From the NCBI GenBank assembly GCA_016281915.1, contig JAEEJO010000066.1, positions 54,845 through 118,844 on the forward strand: a stretch of DNA of 64,000 nt. The letters are read 5' to 3'. The stretch comes from Clostridiales bacterium (GTDB lineage Bacteria > Bacillota > Clostridia > Oscillospirales > UBA644). The notes under the pieces were generated by a model, which saw nothing but the letters and a program-made list of their open reading frames with translations, was not told the origin of the DNA and ran no database searches. Each line of letters opens with the position of its first letter. Within the stretch, counting starts at the first letter, position 1. Positions 30,201 through 40,248 of this stretch are shown one piece after another. The position numbers and the translations under genes are program-made.

Positions 30201-30666
30201 TGTCGGTATAATAATCGGCATATTTCAGAAGCTGTTCTTCAGAAAGGCTTGCGACGGGATATGTTGTATAAAGCGGCGCAGTCATAGCGTTCATATAAGT
30301 GTTGTAAGTCTGATATGAAAGGTTGAAGAAAAGTGATTTTGACGGATATTTTTCGCTGCCGTCAAGCGTGGAGTGCTCAAAGACATGCGGAAGACCGGTA
30401 TTGTCTATGGCTCTTGTGAAGAACGTAAGATTAAAGACACGGTTTGTATCGTTATTGGCGATATAAACAAGTTCCGCGCCTGTTTTTTCATGCTCCATAA
30501 AATAAATCTGCGCTCCGACAAGAGGGAAATCTCTGGTTTCTTTAACAACAAAACCTTCGATTTTCTGACCGACGCGAAGCGAGCCGCCTGTTCCGGACGT
30601 AACGGTGCAGGCTGAAAGTGACAGCAAAAGAACGAATGCAAGCAGCAAAGGAATTATTTTTTTCAT
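27271..30666 (-). CDS. M16 family (pitrilysin/PreP-like) zinc peptidase lipoprotein
   Basis: 1131-aa ORF with SD AAGGGAG. Signal/lipobox: LLAFVLLLSLSAC. Inverted zincin motif HVFEHSTLDGSEKYPSK (HxxEH). Confidence 0.88.
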   Translation of the reverse strand: MKKIIPLLLAFVLLLSLSACTVTSGTGGSLRVGQKIEGFVVKETRDFPLVGAQIYFMEHEKTGAELVYIANNDTNRVFNLTFFTRAIDNTGLPHVFEHSTLDGSEKYPSKSLFFNLSYQTYNTYMNAMTAPLYTTYPVASLSEEQLLKYADYYTDSCLHPLILEDESIFREEAWRYRLADAESDLTIEGTVYSEMLGATSINSEAYRNLLRTAFPGSTIGNVSGGDPAFIPDMTWESLRSYHDLYYHPSNCCAFLYGEFENYTAFLKILNEAFSPYEKREFSFEENDYTPITDDAVNTYKFPSVSGTVTENASIIYYGIMCPGLKDDPNEEMIYNTLTDLLNSDGSPLMQNLKRAIPRGSFGSYIEIDGPEDMITFAAVNVNEDIADTFVETVNSSLAEIAETGFSADLVDAVMNSVAMSVRLTGESSDIGVDLIDSFVSYYASRGIVFGYADYVDAMGKFEQWNSEGLYVKAISDRLLDPEITVLSITAPDPGAREKLDAKEKERLAGVKAAMTPDELQAIIDTTNSEVAEDDASSYVKALQAVTVASLPEEIREYDVSERMGEDGVQYIDAIADVDGIGDIVLLLDASSLPQKDILWFHLYTDLLGELDTAKHDRDSLALLTGRYLYNGEIRMSLAVDGESGLLIPRLRAGWISTDEDLETGYSLMHELLYETDFSDSETIANLIGKYKDNLKDSINSSPYTTMLYRTMGSNSELYRYYNYFNGIEYYQFLEETEKTALETPGVVKLKLENIRNFFNNRSGASAVFAGNEESIALNAQYSADFFSKLDETPRKRADYSLPSSSSFEALIVDSNVQFNGVVADYETLGMDEYSGSLDAVSSIVSDKYLYPMLRDQYGAYGVMTGFIEDYGAYIVSYRDPNIVETYEVYQKLPDFLSTLEIDQEELDGYILSAYSYYAKSAGELSGAVSAAFDTLLHTDSSVLLDYMRDLKSITVEKLQDYADVYAKLVSEGMRFTAGSSSAISANEDFFDTVLSPFAGDELILEDVGEGLPHYDAVSFVLDYNLMYPATKTTFGVDAPATKGDAAIALYALGIEDIKDPDQAISELASFGIFSSSDLSSDPLTGADFENCLSVFSSLVGVSYEKTEAENTAVTRGELAEMIMEYTLPLLG

Positions 30667-30742
30667 ATTATTTCTCCCTTATGGTATAGAACGGATCGTC
30701 GGATAATAAACAGGTGTTTTCGTAAAATGACGTTTTATCCGG

Positions 30743-31864
30743 TCATGCGTTTTCGGATATCAGACTGTCAAGGCTGACATAATCATATCCGTGCGCATCG
30801 GCGACGTTTTTATTGGTCAGTTTGCCGAGATAGCAGTTGACGCCCGCTTTGACGGCATGGTTTTCGCAGGCTTTTTCAAGTCCCTTGTTCGCGATCTCAA
30901 GACCGTATTTAAGCGTAGCGTTGGTAAGGGCAATAGTGCTCGTTCTGGGAACGGCGCCGGGCATATTGCCTACGCAGTAGTGAACGACGCCCTCTTCAAT
31001 GAACACGGGATCATCGTGAGTGGTCACTCTGGAGCTTTCACCGCAGCCGCCCTGGTCGATTGCAACGTCTACAAATACAGCGCCTTCCTTCATTTCGGGA
31101 AGATAACGTTTTTTGAAGAGTTTCGGTGTTGAGCCGCCGGGAATAAGAACGGATCCGATTACAAGATCAGCATCCTTTACGGCCTTTTCGATGTTGGAAT
31201 CTGACGAATAAAGCGTCTGGATATGAGCGCCGAACATATTGTCAAGTTCTTCAAGACGTTTGAGATTGATATCGAGAATAGTAACATTTGCGCCCATGCC
31301 AACCGCTATTTTGCAGGCGTTCATACCTACAGTGCCTCCGCCAAGAATAACAACGTTTGCTTTAGGAGTTCCGGGAACGCCGGCAAGAAGTATCCCCTCC
31401 CCGCCGAACCTTTTTTCAAGATATTTTGCGCCTTCCTGAATTGAAAGACGTCCGGCGATCTGGGACATAGGAGCAAGGCACGGGAGCGAACGGTCTTTTT
31501 CCTGTATCGTTTCATATGCTACCGCTTTAACGTTGCCGCGCAGCAATGCGTCCATCTGCTGTTTATCTGCAGCGAGATGAAGATACGTGTAGAGAATCAG
31601 TCCGTCATGGAAAAGATGATACTCCTCCTCAAGAGGTTCTTTAACTTTAATCATCATATCAACAAGGTGCCATACATCAGCGGCATTATCGATCAGCGAT
31701 GCGCCTGCGTTGACATATTCATTATCGGAAAAACCCGAGCCGATGCCCGCGCCCTTTTCCATATAAACGTGATGTCCGGCGGCAACATATGACTTAACGT
31801 TATCAGGAGTGAGTCCGACACGGAACTCATTGTTTTTTATTTCTTTTACGCATCCGATTTTCAT
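30743..31864 (-). CDS. ald: Alanine dehydrogenase
   Basis: 373-aa ORF. MKIGCVKEIKNNEFRVGLTP and NAD-binding VVILGGGTVGMNACKIAVGMGA. Confidence 0.93.
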   Translation of the reverse strand: MKIGCVKEIKNNEFRVGLTPDNVKSYVAAGHHVYMEKGAGIGSGFSDNEYVNAGASLIDNAADVWHLVDMMIKVKEPLEEEYHLFHDGLILYTYLHLAADKQQMDALLRGNVKAVAYETIQEKDRSLPCLAPMSQIAGRLSIQEGAKYLEKRFGGEGILLAGVPGTPKANVVILGGGTVGMNACKIAVGMGANVTILDINLKRLEELDNMFGAHIQTLYSSDSNIEKAVKDADLVIGSVLIPGGSTPKLFKKRYLPEMKEGAVFVDVAIDQGGCGESSRVTTHDDPVFIEEGVVHYCVGNMPGAVPRTSTIALTNATLKYGLEIANKGLEKACENHAVKAGVNCYLGKLTNKNVADAHGYDYVSLDSLISENA

Positions 31865-31935
31865 GTGGTTTAATCCTTTCTCGAAAAATCCCGTTATAAC
31901 GCAGTTTCGGTATAATCAGGGCATTTTTTTGTATT

Positions 31936-31964
31936 ATTATAAATCAACAGTGCCGTTTTGTCAA
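31936..31964 (-). promoter_or_regulatory. Promoter of ald
   Basis: On the minus strand: TTGACA (31959-64), 17 nt, TATAAT (31936-41). Confidence 0.55.
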
Positions 31965-32104
31965 CAGGATGATAAAAAAATATTAAATGATTTTATTATG
32001 ACAGGGTGTTTATTTCAGTCACGCGTCGAAAAAATAAGTACAAAATAATACCTCTGCGTTAGTGCGGAGGCATTTGAATGATTATTTATCGGGCTTGAAT
32101 GTTT

Positions 32105-32800
32105 TCAGCCTTCCATAACGTCCCACGGCGTAAGAATTCCGAGCAGCGGTTCGTCTATTCTGCCTGTTTCGGTTACAAGGAGGAGGTTTATTCTGATTTT
32201 TTTTCTGAAAGCGTCAACGACCGTTTTTTCCGCCTCTGAAACGAGCATTGTGCTGCTGACGAACTTAAAAGTGTTCCGGTCTTTTCTGGTGACTGATGTA
32301 TATGACGAGATATCGCAAAAGCGTGTTGAATCGGAGATAATTGCATCATAACCGTCGAGCGTGATCGCAAAAACAGTATCCTTGCCGAAAACGCCGACAA
32401 CCCTGTTATTGTTCATTATAGGCAGATATGAAAACCCGAAAGATTTCATGACCTTCATTTTTTCTATCACATTATCAGTCGGCTCTGCGATCAGGATATT
32501 ACTGCCCTTGACAGCCCTGTCAAGGCACGTAGGCGGCTCTTTCACCTGATCAATAACATTCTGAAGAGTTTTTATCATCGCTTCGCTGGGAGTGACTGCG
32601 AAATCGTCACCGAGCTTGGGATTATGCGTGAGCAAAGCGCGGACTTCCCGGCAGTATTTTATCTGATTGCGTATCTCTTTGAACTGGCTCAGCCTTTCAA
32701 GTCTTGACACTGCGCTTCCGTCCGAAGGCAGCCCGTAATACGTTACCGCAGACTGCTCAAGCTGCTTGTATAAATCAAGGAACAGATCGGTGTTGTTCAT
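32105..32800 (-). CDS. CBS-pair domain protein with helical N-terminal domain (possible HEPN-like)
   Basis: 231-aa ORF. The C-terminal half has two CBS motifs (...SYLPIMNNNRVVGVFGKDTV..., ...LLLVTETGRIDEPLLGILTPWDVM). The N-terminal ~90 aa is helical and contains REVRALLTH (Rx4H). Confidence 0.7.
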   Translation of the reverse strand: MNNTDLFLDLYKQLEQSAVTYYGLPSDGSAVSRLERLSQFKEIRNQIKYCREVRALLTHNPKLGDDFAVTPSEAMIKTLQNVIDQVKEPPTCLDRAVKGSNILIAEPTDNVIEKMKVMKSFGFSYLPIMNNNRVVGVFGKDTVFAITLDGYDAIISDSTRFCDISSYTSVTRKDRNTFKFVSSTMLVSEAEKTVVDAFRKKIRINLLLVTETGRIDEPLLGILTPWDVMEG

Positions 32801-33104
32801 AAATACTCCGTAATTTGTACGTTATTATAGCATCAGTATATCAAACATTATGCAAAATGTCAAGATTCAGTCCTTCACGTTGTTAAAAGGAACGGGAATT
32901 TATCATTTAATAAAAAAGTTTGAGATTAAAAAAATCCATTGAATAAAGTCGTATCTGGCGAAGTGTCAGGAGAAACAGTAACAGTAAAATCAATCATCTG
33001 TTTGGATAATCAATCGAACTGATTGCTTGTTTTTAATTGATTCTTCTGTTATACTGTATGCGTAAGCTTACAAAACAAGAAATCCATCATAAGGAGGATC
33101 ATAA

Positions 33105-33860
33105 ATGACAACTTTAAGTGAAAGACTGAAATTTCTCAGAAAGAGAAAAGATATTACTCAGGAGCAACTTGCAGAGTATATGCATATTTCCCCGCAAGCA
33201 GTCAGTCGTTGGGAAACAGGAGCCACCTCTCCGGACATATCTGCTCTCCCGGTATTGGCAGATCTTTTCAATATATCCGTTGATGAACTGCTCGGGATAA
33301 ACGAGGCTGAAAAGCAGCGCGAAGTAAATAAAACCATTGAGGAAGCGGAAGGCTTGATAAACAAGGGAGTAACCGAAGAGCCTATAATATGCCTGCGTGA
33401 AGCTCTTAACAAGTATCCGAACAACGACAGATTACAAACATGTCTCATGTACGCTCTTTTTGCCGCAAGCGAAGACGAGGAACTGTGCCGTGAATATGAC
33501 TCAGAGATCGTTTCACTTGCATATAGAATCAGTCAGTATTCGACAGACGATGTATGCAGAAATGAAGCCAGACGATTGCTTTTCAGACATTACTGTGAAA
33601 CGAACAGAACGCAGCAGGCATTACTGATCGCAGACGGAATGGCAAAGATCGATACCTGTTATGAACGTAACGTTTACTGGGCGCTTGACGGGGAAGTGCG
33701 AGTAAAGCACCTCTATGAACGAATAGAAGACGATTTGAGGGAGCTTGTTTGGGATCTGTGGGCATACTCTATTCATGCGAATATCGGCAAAGAAAAAGCT
33801 GCTGAATTTGACGACGTTCGGGACAAGATAGAAAAGGCGGTAAAAGGATTATTCAGATAA
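33105..33860 (+). CDS. XRE-family HTH transcriptional regulator with helical (TPR-like) C-terminal domain
   Basis: 251-aa ORF with SD AAGGAGG. The N-terminus LSERLKFLRKRKDITQEQLAEYMHISPQAVSRWETGATSPDISALPVLADLFNISVDELL is a canonical Cro/C1 HTH. Confidence 0.88.
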   Translation: MTTLSERLKFLRKRKDITQEQLAEYMHISPQAVSRWETGATSPDISALPVLADLFNISVDELLGINEAEKQREVNKTIEEAEGLINKGVTEEPIICLREALNKYPNNDRLQTCLMYALFAASEDEELCREYDSEIVSLAYRISQYSTDDVCRNEARRLLFRHYCETNRTQQALLIADGMAKIDTCYERNVYWALDGEVRVKHLYERIEDDLRELVWDLWAYSIHANIGKEKAAEFDDVRDKIEKAVKGLFR

Positions 33861-33995
33861 GTAATATCTTGCATAAAAACAAATATCAGAATCCGACCAG
33901 CTCAACCTTATTACTTATTTTTTACTCTTATAATTGAACCTTAGCGGCGGGTGCCGCAAACGGTTCAATATCGGCAGACGATATTAAACACATAT

Positions 33996-34106
33996 CGAGT
34001 ATCCGTATCTCACCTTCAAAAAAGTCAACGGCAGCGTTCATTGCGTTTGCATCAACAGTGAACATCGCTCAGTCGGAAAATGACGGAGGTGAGATACGGA
34101 TACTCG
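33996..34106. repeat. Perfect 20-bp inverted repeat with 71-nt spacer
   Basis: cgagtatccgtatctcacct (33996-34015) and aggtgagatacggatactcg (34087-34106). Located between convergent genes. Confidence 0.8.
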
Positions 34107-34152
34107 CTCTATTTATTTAATTATTGTATCAAAACAGTGGTATTACCCTTAA

Positions 34153-35214
34153 TCATACGTTTGGGTCGTATCTGTTATATAATTCTTGGTATTTTTCTTT
34201 AAAGGAATCGACACTTAATTGATGCTGATAGTCTTTGTATGCGTCATCGATTATGAATTCATTTTTTAATGCCGAAGAGAGGGTTTCAGCCAGACTTTCA
34301 GCATTCTCGCTTTCAAAAACATATCCAAGATGGTTGGTTTTTATTGTTTCCGCTAAGACCCCATGGCTCGGCCCCAGGATACATTTGCCCATTGCTGCGC
34401 CTTCGCCCAAAGGTCCGCTTGCGCCGTTGAATGATTTACGATACGGCAAAGCAATGATATCAGATGCAGCCAGCGCCATTGCAAACTCATCGTCGGATAA
34501 GAAGTGGAGACATTTTCTGACCCTGTCCTTATACACATCAATCTCGGTGTCTATTGTTTCCTCGGTAATTTCAGTTGCCTGACCTGCGATAAGAAGCTGA
34601 AACGGTTCGGATACGTGTTTCAATGCTTCAAGAAGTATATCAAGACCTTTATTTCTTCTTGTGCTTCCCAGGCAAACGATTGTTTTGACATTCGGATCAA
34701 GATCAAAAAAACGGCAGCCATCCTGTTTAGTCATGATTATTTCATTGAAATGCGGATATTCTATATGCACTGCGTTTTTTATGCCATACCCTGTAAGTTT
34801 GTTTTTCAGATACTCAGAATGGACCACTGAAGCTTTAAATTTTCTGCACAACCTCTTCAGGCTGAGTTTTTCAAGAAATCCTTCTCTGACGGAATGTATC
34901 GTCACGATCTTTTTTGATCGAATAATTCCAAGTAACAGACCGAAATATCTGTAAAAGTAATCTCCATACAAAAAATGAACGAGGTCGGGCTTTTCACGAG
35001 AGACTATTTTTTTGATCCGGAAAATCCACCTGATATACCTGAAAACAGACCTTTTTTTATTGACGGCATCGGGGGGAACAAAGTACTGCTTAACGTCAAA
35101 ATCCATTTTCTCCGGAACTACAAGGATCTTATCGGAATCTTTGCAATCGAACAGCGCCTGCATATACGTTCTGCGATGTCCCGTTACTGAAATATCCACG
35201 TAGATGATTTTCAT
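34153..35214 (-). CDS. Glycosyltransferase family 4 (GT-B)
   Basis: 353-aa ORF. The C-terminal ...ASDIIALPYRKSFNGASGPLGEGAAMGKCILGP... resembles the GT4 EX7E region. Confidence 0.75.
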   Translation of the reverse strand: MKIIYVDISVTGHRRTYMQALFDCKDSDKILVVPEKMDFDVKQYFVPPDAVNKKRSVFRYIRWIFRIKKIVSREKPDLVHFLYGDYFYRYFGLLLGIIRSKKIVTIHSVREGFLEKLSLKRLCRKFKASVVHSEYLKNKLTGYGIKNAVHIEYPHFNEIIMTKQDGCRFFDLDPNVKTIVCLGSTRRNKGLDILLEALKHVSEPFQLLIAGQATEITEETIDTEIDVYKDRVRKCLHFLSDDEFAMALAASDIIALPYRKSFNGASGPLGEGAAMGKCILGPSHGVLAETIKTNHLGYVFESENAESLAETLSSALKNEFIIDDAYKDYQHQLSVDSFKEKYQELYNRYDPNV

Positions 35215-35235
35215 ATATTTAACTTCCTGTTCAAG

Positions 35236-36309
35236 TCACTTTATTTGCCTTATCTTTTGCGTTTTGCCGTAGAATATTAAATCTGCTGCGGGTATTGATT
35301 TAAATACAGCTATAATCACTGTTGTAAAAATAACTGTTAAAATCAGAGAGCAAACAAAATTAATCAGTCCGGAGAAAGTAAAGAAGCTGACTTCGATTGC
35401 CATCAACCTGTTTACACACATATGCGTAGCGTAAATTTCAAGTGTGAATAAACCAAGCTTATCCAGATGGATTCTGTTGAAAACAGTCTCGTATTTTTTG
35501 CATGTTGTCAGAATTACTGCATTACCTGCAAATCCTGAAATAATTCTCATCACAATGCTTATGATACCGTCATCATTATGGTAGAGGTCAAAGTTGAAAA
35601 CGATTCCGAGAAAAATGCCCAGGCACAAGAAGACAATAATATTTCCTGCCTTTGGCCACCACTGTTTCCACCAGTCCTCTGTCCACTTTGTCAACCAACC
35701 GAATCCATAAAAGACAGCATAATAAAGAATATACTTTATGCCAAGAAAGTTTATCCCCGCAAGCTTTGCAATTCCAAGGAGAACCGCCAGGACGATAACG
35801 AGAACGCATCCCGTTTTAGCAATTTTCCATCTACCGGCAGCAAGAGCATAGCTTGCAAGAGCCGTTACACATGAAAGGATAAAAATGACCCATAAAAACC
35901 AAAGCCCGGAATCTACATGATAAAAAAGATGGATCAGGCCTGTAATGGGATTTCGGCCATAATATCCGAGTAATAATACGTCAATCAACAGAAACCACGA
36001 GAAAAACGGCAGTGCGTAGTGCAGAGATGATAACAGAATTCTTTTTGCGAGCATTTTGAAGCTGTCAATTTTTCTTGCGGCAAAATACCCTGATATAAGC
36101 ATAAAGCCCGGCATTTGTACAGCCCAAATAAAATTTGTAAGAATCCCGCCCTCATCAGATACTGAATACTGCAGAACATGACGAATAACAACAAGAATAA
36201 TCAATATTCCCTTATAAACGTCAAGCGTTTTATTTCTTTGTTTGTTTGAATTCAGCAGACTGTTTACCTGCGAACTGTTTTTTTCTTCAGGTGAATTTTC
36301 TGTATTCAT
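35236..36309 (-). CDS. Acyltransferase 3 family membrane O-acyltransferase
   Basis: 357-aa polytopic protein. The N-terminal LDVYKGILIILVVIRHV is typical of the acyltransferase_3 family. Confidence 0.75.
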   Translation of the reverse strand: MNTENSPEEKNSSQVNSLLNSNKQRNKTLDVYKGILIILVVIRHVLQYSVSDEGGILTNFIWAVQMPGFMLISGYFAARKIDSFKMLAKRILLSSLHYALPFFSWFLLIDVLLLGYYGRNPITGLIHLFYHVDSGLWFLWVIFILSCVTALASYALAAGRWKIAKTGCVLVIVLAVLLGIAKLAGINFLGIKYILYYAVFYGFGWLTKWTEDWWKQWWPKAGNIIVFLCLGIFLGIVFNFDLYHNDDGIISIVMRIISGFAGNAVILTTCKKYETVFNRIHLDKLGLFTLEIYATHMCVNRLMAIEVSFFTFSGLINFVCSLILTVIFTTVIIAVFKSIPAADLIFYGKTQKIRQIK

Positions 36310-36410
36310 AAACTTCCCCTTGAATTCTCTGGCGGCGATGAAGATCGTTTATACGATCAGAATATGAACATCTCATAATGTCATTATAACAATGCAGATT
36401 ATAATGCAGA

Positions 36411-37532
36411 TCACAAGAGAATAAATGCGAGTAAAACATAGCCTCTGACCATTGAGCTTGAAAAAAGCAAGGTCAAAACGTTTGCACCGAATAAAAAGCC
36501 GAGCCTCTGATATGAATCATCGTCTGTTCTGAGTACTTTTATCCATTTATAAATGATGTATACGATAAAAGCCGTTCCGAGTATGTAGCCGAATGACAGA
36601 ATACTTTCATATATGACGTTGTGAGGATACGTAGGTGCCCAACCGCCGCCGATGCCCCAGCCTGTGACAGGCTTCAATTGTATCTGCTCTGCAATACTTG
36701 CGAGAATCGTAGAACGACCGGAATCGTGCGTGATAAACTGACTGCTCTTTATGAGGTTGACGGTTCTGCTGCTGACGCCCAGAGTAGTAGCCAGATTTTC
36801 AATAACGCCGATTATTTCTGTCCAGAAAACAATTATAACAACAACTGATGCGACGACTGTCAACGATGTTAATACTTTAGCCTTTTTCGAAACATCCTTA
36901 CTGAGGATAAGTCGGATAACGACGTAAAGACCTATGCTGACAAGCGGACCGCGGGAACAGAATAAAACAGTATAAATAATGTCGATTGCAGCAATAATGA
37001 TATTGTATGCCCTTCTGTTCTCAAAGAATCTGTCGATAAGTATCAGCAGATGCGGTAAAAGAGAATAACCGAGAGACATTGAATAACCGCTGTTTGTATA
37101 GAACAACATACTGAAGTATATGAACACATGGGTTATCAATGAAGTTTTATACATAGAGTCAAGCAGTTTTTTTCTGTCGTCTATTTCATGCAGGCAGCAG
37201 GAAAAGGGAATGCTTGTTACGCACGTAATACGTATACTGTCAACAAAAACGGACATATTGGTGAATGTGTGACGGATATACGTCAGTCCGAATAGAAGCA
37301 GAATGATCAGTTCAACCAGAACAAAAAAGAAGAATCTCTTTTTTTTGATGAGTCCGTACAGACCAAACAGAGTCAATCCGCCTTGAAGGATCATATATAT
37401 TGGTGACCATAAAGATGAAAGCCCGCCTATGCTGCTCAGCGAAACGTTCACACTTAAAAGCAATAAATAACCGCAGCAATAAAGCGACAGATAATGGTCC
37501 GGATTTCTGTTTATCGGTATAGCAATTTTCAT
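36411..37532 (-). CDS. O-antigen/EPS polymerase (Wzy / O-antigen ligase-like) membrane protein
   Basis: 373-aa ORF with about 10 TM segments and one larger loop, sited inside a glycosyltransferase cluster. Confidence 0.6.
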   Translation of the reverse strand: MKIAIPINRNPDHYLSLYCCGYLLLLSVNVSLSSIGGLSSLWSPIYMILQGGLTLFGLYGLIKKKRFFFFVLVELIILLLFGLTYIRHTFTNMSVFVDSIRITCVTSIPFSCCLHEIDDRKKLLDSMYKTSLITHVFIYFSMLFYTNSGYSMSLGYSLLPHLLILIDRFFENRRAYNIIIAAIDIIYTVLFCSRGPLVSIGLYVVIRLILSKDVSKKAKVLTSLTVVASVVVIIVFWTEIIGVIENLATTLGVSSRTVNLIKSSQFITHDSGRSTILASIAEQIQLKPVTGWGIGGGWAPTYPHNVIYESILSFGYILGTAFIVYIIYKWIKVLRTDDDSYQRLGFLFGANVLTLLFSSSMVRGYVLLAFILL

Positions 37533-37572
37533 TATTTACTTCCTTAAGATTTCAATGCTTATAGGGGTTTAT

Positions 37573-38754
37573 TTAACCGGATATTTCTTCAAGAAGGTTT
37601 TGTGCCAGTTTTTTATCCGTCATTTTTGCGGCGGTAAGATACGCATTTTCTGAAATTCTCTGTATTTCGTTGCATGGAGTCGAAGCAAGAGACATAAAAA
37701 GATCCGTCAAAGCATCAACATCTCCGAGAGGAACAAGAAAGCCGTTTTCATTGTTTATTACGACTCCGTCGATTCCTTCGTTTACTGCACCGATCGGTAT
37801 GCAGCCCTGAGACATGGCTTCAACATAGACCATTCCAAAAGTTTCACGGCTGATGAGAACCAGAGCATCGGCTTTTTTCATATACGGAAAAACTTCTTCA
37901 TGCGGAACTTTGCCAATAAAGCTGACAAGATGACTTATATTCAGTTCCGAAACAAGATTTTTAAAATATTCCGCATCCGCGCCGTCGCCCAGCACTTCGA
38001 GCGACATCGACGGAGCCGCTTTGGACACAGCACGCAGGACGGTTTCAAGTCCTTTTGATTTATATAGCGCTCCGACATAGACAAGCTTTTTAACGGCGGT
38101 CCGATAAACCGGTTTTTCATCGACGGCAGTTTCGGGGATACCGGAATACATATATGTGTATTTGTGATCCCCGATAAAAGATGTTATCTGCGGAAGCTGT
38201 TTTCTTGAACGGATAAGAAGGCACGGAACATTTTTCAACGTGGTGCACAGTTCAGAGTTTTTCAAAAAGCTGAAATCAGTGTCATGAATGATCTGAAGCT
38301 GTTTTGTTGCTAATATTGACGCACAGTGTTTAATGACATGGAGAACCGGATCAAGACAATCCCCTATTAAGATATCCTGCTCGGGCATATTTTCGGCTAT
38401 GATCTTTTCTGTTTGACTGCAAAGCTTTTTGAGCGTCTGTTTTCCTGCTTTGCCGTGCGGGATATATTTCATATAATTTCGGCGGTGAATAAAAACGCCG
38501 TTATACAGGTAGTCTTTATCTGTCTGAGCCTCCGGAGGGACGATGAATTTTTTAAGTCCGCTATAGCCTATCTTTCCGAGAATACCTGCAGCGCTGTTAA
38601 ATAATGGTGGGTATTTCCGGCAAAAATGGATCACATGGACCGTATGGCCCATTTTTACCCATTCATAAGCATAGTTATAAAGAAACTGCGTTGCGTATGT
38701 TTTACCCGGACAGTCATAGCTCGGAAAATGTCCGGTGACCAATAGTATATTCAT
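37573..38754 (-). CDS. Glycosyltransferase family 4
   Basis: 393-aa ORF. MNILLVTGHFPS... N-terminus and C-terminal SRETFGMVYVEAMSQGCIPIG (E-x7-E region). Confidence 0.8.
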   Translation of the reverse strand: MNILLVTGHFPSYDCPGKTYATQFLYNYAYEWVKMGHTVHVIHFCRKYPPLFNSAAGILGKIGYSGLKKFIVPPEAQTDKDYLYNGVFIHRRNYMKYIPHGKAGKQTLKKLCSQTEKIIAENMPEQDILIGDCLDPVLHVIKHCASILATKQLQIIHDTDFSFLKNSELCTTLKNVPCLLIRSRKQLPQITSFIGDHKYTYMYSGIPETAVDEKPVYRTAVKKLVYVGALYKSKGLETVLRAVSKAAPSMSLEVLGDGADAEYFKNLVSELNISHLVSFIGKVPHEEVFPYMKKADALVLISRETFGMVYVEAMSQGCIPIGAVNEGIDGVVINNENGFLVPLGDVDALTDLFMSLASTPCNEIQRISENAYLTAAKMTDKKLAQNLLEEISG

Positions 38755-38771
38755 TCTGTTCCTTCCCGCTG

Positions 38772-39344
38772 TCAGCGCAAGCCACGTTCATTGATTATGC
38801 GGGCAGCATTAACCGCATCGTATTTCCACCATTCAGTTTGTTGAAGGTCACGTATCCTGTCTTCTGAAAAGCGGTATTTGATGATCTTTGCAGGCACTCC
38901 GCCTACTATGGCATAATCGGGAACGTCACGGTTTACCACGGCGCCCGCGGCAATGACGGCGCCGTTTCCGACATGAACCCCTCTCAGAATCACTGCATTC
39001 AAACCTATCCAGACGTCATTGCCTATGACCGTTTCTTTTTCGGTAAGGCTGTATTGTTCGCCGCACGCTTTCAGCATAGCCGCAGACGTGCTGACTCGGT
39101 CGATAGGATGCTCGCCGGGACCGATCGTAACAAAAGGTGCGATTGAGCAATAATTACCGATTCTTGCTTCGGTTACGGTTGCAAATCTTCCGAAATAACA
39201 ATAATTTCCGACATATGTTTTTTCGTCGATGACCACTCCGTTTTTAAAGGAGCATTTTTTGCCGTAAGAGCCGTAAACACCTTTTCTGAACGTAAGAATC
39301 CTCCACATACGGTGGAGCGCTTTGCGTAGTTTTGAAGTAATCAT
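38772..39344 (-). CDS. Hexapeptide-repeat (LbH) O-acetyltransferase
   Basis: The ORF extends to 39356. ATG 39344 forms an ATGA overlap with the upstream stop. Hexapeptide repeats: [31 protein letters not shown]. Confidence 0.8.
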   Translation of the reverse strand: MITSKLRKALHRMWRILTFRKGVYGSYGKKCSFKNGVVIDEKTYVGNYCYFGRFATVTEARIGNYCSIAPFVTIGPGEHPIDRVSTSAAMLKACGEQYSLTEKETVIGNDVWIGLNAVILRGVHVGNGAVIAAGAVVNRDVPDYAIVGGVPAKIIKYRFSEDRIRDLQQTEWWKYDAVNAARIINERGLR

Positions 39345-40210
39345 ATGGTTTTCCATCTTTCAGGTATAAAAGCGTTATTGAAGCTGCTGCCTTTCGGTGC
39401 AACGACAATTCTGTCTTTTGAGTCGCCGAGCCAATTGCCCCACCAGCTGAAAGTGCTTTGGGACATTATACCGTGGCGGCAAAGGCTTATACCGCACAGA
39501 TCGTCTGAAGCGGACCATTTATTATCCTGATAAACGACGTTTTCGCATGATGGAAAAAGTTCTTTTTTACACCATGAAATATCGTCAGAAAAAACTGCAA
39601 AAACCGGAGTTTCAACGATCGATTCAATATATGACTTTGCGCGTCGGTAATAGTCAATCATTTCATTGTCCGAATATCCGTATGCTTTGCCTGCGAGGTC
39701 GCCCCTGCGTATATGAACGGAAACCGTTTCAGTGGTATGGGCAAGCGCAAGCCATTTTTTGACTTTTTCCGTCGTTTCTTCTGGAAAACTGAACTCTTTT
39801 TTTATTTCTTCTGCGCAGTCACAAAAATATTTTTCCGTTTGCCAATATCCGTCATAATAACAGGTCTTTCCGGGCTTATAAGGGACAGCTTCGGTATACG
39901 TATGTCTTTTTTCCTTGACGTAATAGATATTGTCAGGCAGAGAACATCTGAAAAAATTCAATCTTCTTGTTATAAGGCTGATGCTGTGAAGCTGAAACGG
40001 TTTTACGCTTTTCGGGCGCGCTACGGTTTCAAAACCTGAGAGATCAAAACCGGATATTTCAACTCGCCTTTCCGAAACATATCCTGGCTGCTTTTTATAA
40101 AAATCAACATCAAATGCCAGAGTGTCGTTTTTTTCTTTTGCAAGACGATAGCCGAACGCATACTGAAACATCTGATTGCAAAGACCGCCCCAAAGCTTAA
40201 TAATGATCAT
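39341..40210 (-). CDS. Alpha-1,2-fucosyltransferase (GT11)
   Basis: 289-aa ORF. N-terminal [17 protein letters not shown] and the HIRRGD motif ([12 protein letters not shown]), both GT11 signatures. Confidence 0.85.
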   Translation of the reverse strand: MIIIKLWGGLCNQMFQYAFGYRLAKEKNDTLAFDVDFYKKQPGYVSERRVEISGFDLSGFETVARPKSVKPFQLHSISLITRRLNFFRCSLPDNIYYVKEKRHTYTEAVPYKPGKTCYYDGYWQTEKYFCDCAEEIKKEFSFPEETTEKVKKWLALAHTTETVSVHIRRGDLAGKAYGYSDNEMIDYYRRAKSYIESIVETPVFAVFSDDISWCKKELFPSCENVVYQDNKWSASDDLCGISLCRHGIMSQSTFSWWGNWLGDSKDRIVVAPKGSSFNNAFIPERWKTI

Positions 40211-40248
40211 ATGTTTTCCCCTGTCCCAGATCTGTTATTCTCGATTAA

